Part shown: positions 56,165-64,000 of the stretch, piece after piece
How positions within the stretch are numbered: position 1 is the stretch's first letter
Layout of the letters: every line of letters begins with the position of its first letter
Source: Phycisphaerales bacterium
GTDB lineage: Bacteria > Planctomycetota > Phycisphaerae > Phycisphaerales > UBA1924
NCBI GenBank assembly: GCA_965227775.1
Contig: OZ245777.1
Location: 512,001 to 576,000, forward strand
Direction: 5' to 3'
Length of the DNA: 64,000 nt
Notes under the pieces: model-generated
What the model was told of the DNA's origin: nothing
The model's input: the letters and a program-made list of their open reading frames with translations, nothing else
Databases searched by the model: none
Program-made: the position numbers and the translations under genes

Positions 56165-56962
56165 ATGCCGTCGGCGGTGTACGCCGCAGGCGTCTCGGCG
56201 GGCACGATCGCGATGGCGGGCGGGGTTGTCGTGGGCACGCAGCTGCTCGCAATCGCGCTCATCACGTGCATCGCATGGATGGCGCACCTGCTCGATCGAG
56301 CAAAACCGCTCGCGAGATGGCACGACCCGGCCGACCGCATGGCCGACGCTGCGCGCGACGCGTGGGTGGTCCGTCGGCGACGCTGGCTGAACGCGTCCGC
56401 ACTCGCATCGGGCGCCGCAGCGTGTGGGCTCGCGCTCGTCATCGAACCGTGGCTGATCGTGCTGGCTCCCGTCGGCGCCGCAGCGGTCATTACCTACGGA
56501 GCGCGGAACAGCAATAGCCGTCGCATACGGCCCAAGGACGTGCTCATCATCAAGAACGCGCTGACCGGGCTGGCATACGCCACGCTCGTCGGGTGCGTGC
56601 TTTGGGCGGTGCTGCCCGAGCGTATTGGCCTCTGGATGTCGCTCGCGGTGATCGCCCTGCTCGTCGCGGCGGACGCCATGCTTAGCGACATCGACGACAC
56701 GCCCGCCGACGCGACCTTTGGCACGCGCACGGTCTCGGTGCTCGCCGGGCGGCGATGGGCGAGCGGCATCGGACTCGCCCTCCACAGCGTCGCCGTTGTG
56801 CTCTGGATGGTTCTCGGAACCGGCTCGGGCGAGGCCTTTGCATACGGGACGCCACTGACGGCCGCCGCCATCGTGCTGTTCCCGACGCTCCGCAGGGCGA
56901 TCGACCTCCGAGCGGGGGTACTCGGGGCCATTGCGCTCGGGTGGCTTGTTCTGCGCTCGTAA
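56165..56962 (+). CDS. UbiA prenyltransferase-like membrane protein
   Basis: Multi-TM; YG...R.K....IKN; Asp-rich SDIDDTPAD...G.RT. Confidence 0.7.
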   Translation: MPSAVYAAGVSAGTIAMAGGVVVGTQLLAIALITCIAWMAHLLDRAKPLARWHDPADRMADAARDAWVVRRRRWLNASALASGAAACGLALVIEPWLIVLAPVGAAAVITYGARNSNSRRIRPKDVLIIKNALTGLAYATLVGCVLWAVLPERIGLWMSLAVIALLVAADAMLSDIDDTPADATFGTRTVSVLAGRRWASGIGLALHSVAVVLWMVLGTGSGEAFAYGTPLTAAAIVLFPTLRRAIDLRAGVLGAIALGWLVLRS

Positions 56963-57007
56963 ACAAGTGCCTGCGAATCCGAGTATAGTGATTACTAGCA
57001 AAGTCCC

Positions 57008-58480
57008 ATGCCTGCCCGAAGACGGACCATCTCGACCGCCCTCTGCGCCCTCTTGGCGGTGCTGGTAGCCGGCTGCGCGAGCGATTTGCGGCCGATCCAG
57101 CAAACCTTCCGGCAGGGTGGCTTCGCCGAGGCGGCCGACGACATCCGCGCGTACGCCGGGCGGCACGACGGCGGCACGCCCCAGACCGTCATCGCCCACA
57201 TCGAGCACGGTTCGATGGCGCGGATGGTCGGGCGGTTCGCCGAGAGCGATCGAGCGTTCGCGATGGCCGAGGCCCGGATGGCGCAGCTCGACGAACGCCC
57301 GGGCATCAGCGCGGCCGAGCGCCTGTCGGTCATGGCTCGCACGCCAGATCGCATCGCCTATGAAGGCTTCTTCTACGACCGCCAGTTCGTGGCCGCGTAT
57401 CGGGCGCTAAACGCGATGGCGATGGGCAACACGGAAGACGCGCGGCAGCACTTCGTGCGGGCCGACCGCTGGCAGACCTACGCCATCGCGAAGAACCGCG
57501 AGCGGGCCGAACGCGTGCGCGAGGAGCAGGCGGCCGCACGGCGCCAGTTCGGCTCGTTCGATCGCGTCGCCGCCGATGCGCGCCTGGACCAGGCGACGCG
57601 AGACAGGTACGGCGACCTCTCCCAATACGAGGCCTACGCCGAGTTTGCCAACCCGTATGTGGACATGCTGCGCGCCGTGTACCTCATAGGTGTCGCCGAG
57701 AGCGCGAGTGACTACGACGTGGCGCGCAACCTGCTCCGGCGCGTCGCGGGCATGGCGCCCGACAACGCCTACGTGCAGCAAGACCTCGACCTGGCCGACA
57801 GACTTGCACAGGGAGAGATCGATCGGCCGGATCTTGTCTACGTCTTTTTTGAGACAGGGCTGGCGCCACGCCGGGAGCAGACGAAGATCTCGGTGCCGAC
57901 GTTCCTGTTCACCGACGTGGTCCAGATCGTGCCCATTGCGGTGCCGTACATCGTGTTCGACGGCAACTACGTGCCATCGCTGCAGGCCAGCACGCCCGAG
58001 GGCACGCAGCAGTCGTCCCTGCTTGCGAGCGTCGATCGCATCGTGGCGGCGGAGTTTGCTGCCCAGCTGCCGGGCCTGGAAACACGCATGATCGCAGCTG
58101 CGGCGTTCAAGGTCGGCGTGCAAGCGGGGCTGTATGCAGCCACGCGCCGTTCCGACCCGATCATCCGCATCTTGACCATGATCGGCGGCGCGATCTGGGC
58201 GGCATCCACGAATGAGGCCGACCTGCGAACGTGGGCGACCCTGCCCAAGCACGTGGAGTATGTCCGGCTCGATGCGCCATCGGATGGTCGTGTTTCGCTC
58301 GACGCGGGCGGACGCCGCTACTCGGTTGCGGTCGAGCCCGAGGGCATCACCCTGATCACGGTCCGCTCGGTACGGCCGGGCGCATCGGTGCTCATCACCA
58401 CCACCAAGCTCGAGCCCGAACCCCGGACGCTCGAACCACTGGAGACCCAGTCAACCCCTGGAAGGGAGCCAATGCCATGA
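57008..58480 (+). CDS. COG3014-like lipoprotein
   Basis: VAGC lipobox; YEG..Y, FETGLAP, ADLRTWATLP. Confidence 0.8.
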   Translation: MPARRRTISTALCALLAVLVAGCASDLRPIQQTFRQGGFAEAADDIRAYAGRHDGGTPQTVIAHIEHGSMARMVGRFAESDRAFAMAEARMAQLDERPGISAAERLSVMARTPDRIAYEGFFYDRQFVAAYRALNAMAMGNTEDARQHFVRADRWQTYAIAKNRERAERVREEQAAARRQFGSFDRVAADARLDQATRDRYGDLSQYEAYAEFANPYVDMLRAVYLIGVAESASDYDVARNLLRRVAGMAPDNAYVQQDLDLADRLAQGEIDRPDLVYVFFETGLAPRREQTKISVPTFLFTDVVQIVPIAVPYIVFDGNYVPSLQASTPEGTQQSSLLASVDRIVAAEFAAQLPGLETRMIAAAAFKVGVQAGLYAATRRSDPIIRILTMIGGAIWAASTNEADLRTWATLPKHVEYVRLDAPSDGRVSLDAGGRRYSVAVEPEGITLITVRSVRPGASVLITTTKLEPEPRTLEPLETQSTPGREPMP

Positions 58481-58920
58481 CAACGAACCTGTCCATGAAC
58501 CGAGCCCTGCTCGCGGCGTGCCTCGTCGGTGCGCTGCTGGCCTCGGGCTGCGCACGCTGGCAGCCGCGCGTGAACACGACGCAGGAGGCCGAGCGCGAGG
58601 GCAAGCCTCAGCAGATCGAGGACGCCCGACTGATCTGGGACAAGGACCTGGCCAAGGCCGTGCAACTCATCGGCCTGATCGAGGGCACCGCCCCGAATGG
58701 GTTCAAGAAGGTCGAGGCCGAGCTGTTCAACGCGACGCGGCAGCGGATGGCGATCCGCTATCGGTTCGAGTGGTTCGATGCCGAGGGATTCGCCGTAGCG
58801 GCGCCCATGGACAGCTTCCGCGATCGTGCGCTGCTGTCGGGCGAACGCACGCGCATCACTGCCGTCGCGCCCAACGACCAGGCGGTCGACTTCGAGCTCG
58901 AGATCATCGGCGCCCCGTAA
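58477..58920 (+). CDS. YcfL/DUF1425 family lipoprotein
   Basis: ASGC lipobox; YRFEWFDAEG; AVAPN; ATGA overlap. Confidence 0.85.
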   Translation: MTTNLSMNRALLAACLVGALLASGCARWQPRVNTTQEAEREGKPQQIEDARLIWDKDLAKAVQLIGLIEGTAPNGFKKVEAELFNATRQRMAIRYRFEWFDAEGFAVAAPMDSFRDRALLSGERTRITAVAPNDQAVDFELEIIGAP

Positions 58921-58947
58921 GGACTCCACCGAGGAAAGGACACAACC

Positions 58948-59496
58948 ATGCACAGCAAGATACTCATCGCACTCGCGGGCATTGCCGCCGTCTCGATCCT
59001 GCCCGCCTGCCGGACCGACGCCTTCGGCCCGCGCGAGCAGGCGCGCGGCACCGAGGTGACCACTCACGGGCTCAACGTGCAGGACATCGAGCGGGTAGCC
59101 GAGGAGCTGAGCCAGAGTCTGATCCGCTCGAACTACATCACGGCGGACGGCGACCGGGCAGCGATCGCGGTCAACCGGTTCGTGAACAACTCGAGCCAGA
59201 TCAACATCGATCGCGACCGCGTGACCAACATCATCATGCAGACGTTCATCAACAGCGGACAGGCGGTGGGTTACACGCCGGCCGACTTCGAGACGCTGGT
59301 GACGCGCGGCCGGCTGCCCGAGCGCTCGTACATCCTGGACACCAAGATCTACGAGGACGTCGCCGAGATCGGTCGCGACTTGCAGGTGTCGTACATCTTC
59401 CAGATGCAGCTCCTCGACTACACGGGCGACGGGGTGAACCCGATCATCTGGGTCGAAGAGGAGCGCATGACGACCGAGAGCCGCAGGCGGCGGTAG
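58948..59496 (+). CDS. LpoB-like lipoprotein (PBP activator fold)
   Basis: LPAC lipobox; D....AEEL.QSL, NNSSQINID, YIFQMQL.D...IIW; follows YcfL as in known ycfL-lpoB operons. Confidence 0.7.
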   Translation: MHSKILIALAGIAAVSILPACRTDAFGPREQARGTEVTTHGLNVQDIERVAEELSQSLIRSNYITADGDRAAIAVNRFVNNSSQINIDRDRVTNIIMQTFINSGQAVGYTPADFETLVTRGRLPERSYILDTKIYEDVAEIGRDLQVSYIFQMQLLDYTGDGVNPIIWVEEERMTTESRRRR

Positions 59497-59528
59497 GCTT
59501 GCCTGGTTCGCAACCGGGGAGCTGACGC

Positions 59529-60686
59529 ATGCTGAGAGTGCTCGCGGGGTGTTGTCTGGCGATCGGCGTTGGGCTCACAACGCCCGGCGTCGCGTGGGCG
59601 CAGCAGGCTCAGGCCGTTGCCGAAGCGCCCGCGTGGAGCGCGGCGGTCGATCAGGCCGTGCGCGAAGAGATGGAGCGACAAGAGCTCGTGGGTGTCGCCA
59701 TCGGCGTAGTCCGCGAGGGACGCGTCGTGTACACCGCGGGCTTCGGGCTGGCGGATCGAGAAAACGAGGTGCCGGTCACCGATGACACGATGTTTCGCTG
59801 GGCGTCGATCTCCAAGCCCGTGACGGCCGTCGCCGCGATGCAACTCGTGGAGCGCGGCGAGCTCGACCTGCACGCCGACGTTCGAGACTACGTGACGGAG
59901 TTTCCCGACAAGGGGACGCCGATCACGACCGAGCAGTTGCTGAGCCACCTCAGCGGCATCGTGCATTACAGCAACGGGCCCGTGATCCGCCTGGCTCGCG
60001 AGTATGACTCACCGAATCCGTATGGGAGTGTGATTCTGGCTCTGGACCGCTTCTCGCCTTCGCCGCTGGTGAGCGAGCCGGGCGAGCGGTACAACTACAG
60101 CACGCACGCGTACATCCTGGCGAGCGCCGTCGTCGAGCGCGCAGGCAAGGGGACGTTCTGGGAGCAGGTGCAAGAACGCATCTGCGAGCCACTGGGGCTC
60201 GAGACGCTGCAGCCAGATTACCAGTGGATAGACATCCCGAACCGGGCCGTCGGCTATCGGAAGATCGGCGAACACGTGTTCAGGACCACGAACACCGACG
60301 TGAGCTGGAAGCTCGGCGGTGGTGGCTTCATCTCGAGCGTGCACGATCTGGCCCGCTTCGCGGCGGCGCTCATGAACCATGAGCTCGTCGGCGAGGCAAC
60401 CAGCCTCGACATGTGGACCGAGCGGCGCGATCGGGAGGGCGAGTCTCGGAACTATGGGCTTGGGCTGAACGTCTCACGCCCGAACGGGAATCTGCGCGTC
60501 GCCCACAACGGATCGCAAGAGAAAGCGCGCACGCGGATGGTGTTCTACCCCGAGCTGCGCCACGGCGTGGTCGTGATGAGCAACACCGAGCACGCCAATC
60601 AGGGCGCGATCACCACGGCGATCTATCGCGCGATCAATGCCTTTGACGCTGAGGCTGCTCAGAATCTCGAGAGCGTCGGCCCGTAG
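59529..60686 (+). CDS. Serine hydrolase, beta-lactamase/PBP family
   Basis: ASISK (SxxK), LLSHLSGI, YNYS (YxN-like), AHNG; signal peptide. Confidence 0.92.
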   Translation: MLRVLAGCCLAIGVGLTTPGVAWAQQAQAVAEAPAWSAAVDQAVREEMERQELVGVAIGVVREGRVVYTAGFGLADRENEVPVTDDTMFRWASISKPVTAVAAMQLVERGELDLHADVRDYVTEFPDKGTPITTEQLLSHLSGIVHYSNGPVIRLAREYDSPNPYGSVILALDRFSPSPLVSEPGERYNYSTHAYILASAVVERAGKGTFWEQVQERICEPLGLETLQPDYQWIDIPNRAVGYRKIGEHVFRTTNTDVSWKLGGGGFISSVHDLARFAAALMNHELVGEATSLDMWTERRDREGESRNYGLGLNVSRPNGNLRVAHNGSQEKARTRMVFYPELRHGVVVMSNTEHANQGAITTAIYRAINAFDAEAAQNLESVGP

Positions 60687-63301
60687 ATGATCGCGTTCAT
60701 CAGCAGACGCATGCCGGCGAGATGGAAGCCCCGGATGGTCACGTCGTCGGCAAAGACGATGACCGAACCGCTGCCGACGCGGTGATGGATGATGAACGGC
60801 TCGCCCGCCATGCGGTCCTGGTTCTCCTGGCTGACGGGGCCCGAGATGATGGGGCTGGTCTCGTCGTAGCGGGCAACCACGTAGGCGTCGTCTCGCATGG
60901 GCAGATCGCTCATGCCGCGCACGAGCACGCCCATCCAGCTCTGGTGATCTTGCAGGCCCGACGTGAGCGGGTGCGTGCGATCGAGCTGCGTGAGCGCCAT
61001 AGCGCCAGCGACGCGGCGGGCCACCGACGCGTCTTCGCGCTCGGCCCAGGACTTGGTGTTGGACTTGGGGCTGTCGTTGTCTTCGCGATCGCTACGCTCG
61101 GCGCCGGCGATCTCACGGAGCGCCCACCCCGCGGCACCGTCACTTGCGACCACCGCACCACCCCTGCGAATCCAGCGGCTGATGTTCTCCGTCGCGCTGC
61201 TGGAAAGGCCGCCCATGGATGGCAGCACGATGACGCTGTAGTCGCTCAGGTCCGTGCGGCCCAGATCTCCCGAATCAACTCGTGAGTAGGGGAACGGGAA
61301 CGTGATGTCGAGCATGTGCCAGTGCTGGCCCGCGCTCAGGCTGCTGGTACTCGGACCCGTGACCAGCAGGACCTTGGGCAGGCGCATGATGGGGTTGGCG
61401 TTGTTGCCCAGCATCGGGCCGCTGGTGGTAAAGCCCTCGCTGGCGCGGTGCACGCTGACTCCGCTGGCCAGCACGTCGCGCACGAATGCTTCCAGATCTC
61501 GATCCGGGTTGCGGATGAGGTGCACGAGCAGGCTGCCGCGGGCGAAGGTCTTGCCGTCGACCTCCACGGCATCCCCCAGCAATCGGCAGAAGATGTCGTG
61601 TTCGACGGCGTGCCCCACCGCGACGGGGAAGTTATGGTGGCTCGAATCGATGAGCAGCGCCACACCCCCATTGCCGGTGATCCTCGCGGTCGGCGGGGCG
61701 AAGCGGGTCACCGGCTCGGTCGCGGCATCGAGGAACTCATCGCTCAGCCAGGCATGCACACCGAAGCTGATCGGCAGGCTCCACGCGGTGATGTCGTAGG
61801 TATCGGGATCTTCCACCGCGGTCACGCGCTCGAACATCGTGCGCACGAGGGCGGACATGGGCTGGCGAGCGTCGATGATCCACGTGCCCTCGGGCAACTC
61901 GAGATCGTCGACGACCTCGCCCGTGTCGTAGGTCATGAACTTGCCGGTGGTCAGGCCCTCGGTCAAGCGTTCGACCTCGATGCCGTGCATGAGGCAGAAG
62001 TCCCAGACCTTCTTGAGCACGGCCGGGTCGTTGTCTGCCGAGATGGCAAAGGCGCGCGGGCCCGGGCCGTCACCATTGGCGCCCTCGGCCCAGAACCTCG
62101 CGAATCGCTCGAGCTGGCCCTGGCGGTTCTCGGCAGTCACCTCGGCGTAGTTCATCGCCGTCACGAAGTGGTCGCGCACGCGCTCGGGGAGGGTCAGGAT
62201 GTACTGATCGCTGACGCGGATGCCCAGGCCCGCGCGCCCGTGGCCAGCCTTCTCGAGCAGCAGGCCGATGGCGCCGTGGTAGACCGGCAGCACCTTGCCG
62301 TAACCGGGGTAGAGGTAGTCGAAGCGCTCCCGGGTGGCGTACACGATGCCGCTCTCGTCGAAGGCCTCGGCGTTAGCGCGCCCGTAGAGGGCGATCCAGT
62401 CCTTGGTTTCCTGCGAGATGTTCTTGTTGTAAGGCGTTGCGCCCTCACCGAAGAAATAGGGGCTGGTGAAGCCCTGCTCGTGGTAGTCGAGGTGGAGCTG
62501 CGGCAGGTAGCGCCGCATGGCGGCCAGACGGCCGCGGCTCTCGGGGTGCACGCCCCAGACGAGGTCGCGGTTGAGGTCGAAAAGGTAGTGGTTGCTGCGC
62601 CCGCTGGGCCAGGGCTCCTGGTGCTCGAAGGCGTCGGGGTTGGGATCGGGCGCGATGCCCATGGCGTTCTCGTACCACGCCACGTAGCGCATCTGGCCGT
62701 CCGGGTTCACCTGGGGATCGATGACGATCACGCACTCATCGAGGATGTCGGCGACCTCTTGGTTGGTCGCGGCGGCGAGCGTGTAGGCAAACTGCATCGA
62801 GATTTCGCCACAGCTTGCCTCGTTGCCGTGCACGCCGAAGCTATACCAGATGATCGCGGGATTGCTCTCAACAATCTCGTCGCGTCGCGCTGCGCTGAGA
62901 TTCTCGGGGTCGCGCAGTTCGGCGTTGGCGGCGAGGATCTCGTCGAGTCGCTCGAGGTTTTCGGGGCTGGAGATCGTGAGCGTCACGAGGGGGCGATCCT
63001 GATGAGACCGGCCGTGCTCGGCGTACCGCACGCGATCGCTCGCCTCGGCCAGCGCCTTGCAAAAGGCAACGCGGTCGTGGTGCCGCGTGAAGCGCTCACC
63101 AACTTTGTACCCCAGCGTTCCCTCTGGCGTGGGAATCGCTGGATCGAACCGCAACCCGTCGAAGTACTCGTACGGCACGTCTGCGTTGGGCGAGACGTCG
63201 CTGGCGCCGAGCGTTCCCTGCGCCGCGGCGCTGGGCGTGATGGCGAGTGGAGTAAGCACGCACACGGACAGACCCAGCACACAAGCGGCGATTGCACGCA
63301 T
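60659..63301 (-). CDS. M14 zinc carboxypeptidase family protein
   Basis: GVHGNE, NPDG, RSNHYLFDLNRD, DYHEQG; signal peptide. Confidence 0.92.
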   Translation of the reverse strand: MRAIAACVLGLSVCVLTPLAITPSAAAQGTLGASDVSPNADVPYEYFDGLRFDPAIPTPEGTLGYKVGERFTRHHDRVAFCKALAEASDRVRYAEHGRSHQDRPLVTLTISSPENLERLDEILAANAELRDPENLSAARRDEIVESNPAIIWYSFGVHGNEASCGEISMQFAYTLAAATNQEVADILDECVIVIDPQVNPDGQMRYVAWYENAMGIAPDPNPDAFEHQEPWPSGRSNHYLFDLNRDLVWGVHPESRGRLAAMRRYLPQLHLDYHEQGFTSPYFFGEGATPYNKNISQETKDWIALYGRANAEAFDESGIVYATRERFDYLYPGYGKVLPVYHGAIGLLLEKAGHGRAGLGIRVSDQYILTLPERVRDHFVTAMNYAEVTAENRQGQLERFARFWAEGANGDGPGPRAFAISADNDPAVLKKVWDFCLMHGIEVERLTEGLTTGKFMTYDTGEVVDDLELPEGTWIIDARQPMSALVRTMFERVTAVEDPDTYDITAWSLPISFGVHAWLSDEFLDAATEPVTRFAPPTARITGNGGVALLIDSSHHNFPVAVGHAVEHDIFCRLLGDAVEVDGKTFARGSLLVHLIRNPDRDLEAFVRDVLASGVSVHRASEGFTTSGPMLGNNANPIMRLPKVLLVTGPSTSSLSAGQHWHMLDITFPFPYSRVDSGDLGRTDLSDYSVIVLPSMGGLSSSATENISRWIRRGGAVVASDGAAGWALREIAGAERSDREDNDSPKSNTKSWAEREDASVARRVAGAMALTQLDRTHPLTSGLQDHQSWMGVLVRGMSDLPMRDDAYVVARYDETSPIISGPVSQENQDRMAGEPFIIHHRVGSGSVIVFADDVTIRGFHLAGMRLLMNAIIYGPTLSRF

Positions 63302-63344
63302 CCGACATCTCCTCAGGCGAGCGCTTTTGGCTCGTCACGAATCA

Positions 63345-64000
63345 TCAACCCACACCGGCCTCAACCGCCGCACCCACGGGCGGCGATGGCGGGCCATCGG
63401 TGGGCGGCAGCCGCAGGTATCGCGCCAGCCACCTGGAACCAATATAGAACGGCACGGTGTCCACCAACGCCGCGAAGAGCTTGAAAGCGTACCCGGTGGC
63501 CACGAAGAGCAGCAGTTGCGGGGCGATGGCGCGGCTCTCATCGACCGGTAACCCGTTGGCGATGAAGTACGTGATGAGGATTACCGCCACGGTGTCAACA
63601 AGCTGGCTGACCAGCGTGCTGCCGTTGTTTCGCAGCCAGAGGTGCTTGCCGCCCGTCAATCGCTTCCAGAAGTGGAAGACCTGGACGTCGACGAGCTGGG
63701 CCACGAGGTAGGCGATCATGGAGGCGAGCACTGCGGCGAACGCCAGCGAGCGGACCTCGAAGAACACCGGCACGCGGCCGGCGGCGTCCTTCATCAGTTC
63801 GCCGGTCTGTGGGTCGATCTGCTCGAAGCCCGGCAGTATGCCGCCGAGCCAGAGCACGCCGATGACCCACAGGTTGACCACGAGCCCCATCCATACCACG
63901 GCATTCGCGCGCCGGCGGCCATACAGCTCGCTGATGAAGTCGGTGCACAAGAAGGTGATGGGGTAGGGCAACACGCCCACCGCGACGGCGAAGGTGAGCG
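63345..64000 (-). CDS. yhhQ: Queuosine precursor transporter (VUT/YhhQ family); 5' end outside the window
   Basis: YPITFLCTDFISELYG, ASMIAYLVAQLVDV, LWLRNNGSTLVSQLVDT. Confidence 0.9.
   Translation of the reverse strand, partial: LTFAVAVGVLPYPITFLCTDFISELYGRRRANAVVWMGLVVNLWVIGVLWLGGILPGFEQIDPQTGELMKDAAGRVPVFFEVRSLAFAAVLASMIAYLVAQLVDVQVFHFWKRLTGGKHLWLRNNGSTLVSQLVDTVAVILITYFIANGLPVDESRAIAPQLLLFVATGYAFKLFAALVDTVPFYIGSRWLARYLRLPPTDGPPSPPVGAAVEAGVG

Noticed and set aside
63345..64000. preQ1 riboswitch for yhhQ
   Set aside because: The 5' region lies outside the window and cannot be assessed

Overview
High-GC bacterial chromosomal segment, most likely from a planctomycete of the Phycisphaerales. 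That call rests on five secreted proteins ending in the two-repeat 'C..D.DGDG.LTIFDFL.FQN.F..GC' GC-type dockerin module and three membrane proteins ending in CxxCGY..G..CPECG zinc ribbons. Most of the window is housekeeping and envelope genes: gmhA end, proS, a LolD-like ATPase, a GH3-family ligase, GT9/GT2/GT4 glycosyltransferases with a Wzm-like permease, ggt, citrate synthase, kynA, pnp, rpsO, purN, hisN, sucC, fumC, a COG3014-YcfL-LpoB-like operon, M60 and M14 peptidases, and yhhQ. There are two tRNAs, Ala-CGC and a Cys-GCA with a long variable arm. No integrase, transposase, reverse transcriptase or CRISPR array was seen. The most unusual signal is a module present twice, at about 9.6-12.4 kb and 49.0-51.2 kb. 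Each copy has a paralogous signal-peptide-less helical + FnIII-like gene ending in Ala-Ala, a shared 32-bp promoter-like motif 118-119 nt upstream, leader hairpins carrying ATGGA and CACGGTG, a degenerate 21-bp periodic array, and a divergent lower-GC orphan gene or genes. Many genes also show a TANNNT hexamer 5-7 nt before the start codon, which suggests leaderless mRNAs. All family assignments come from motif recognition by eye; no database search was run.
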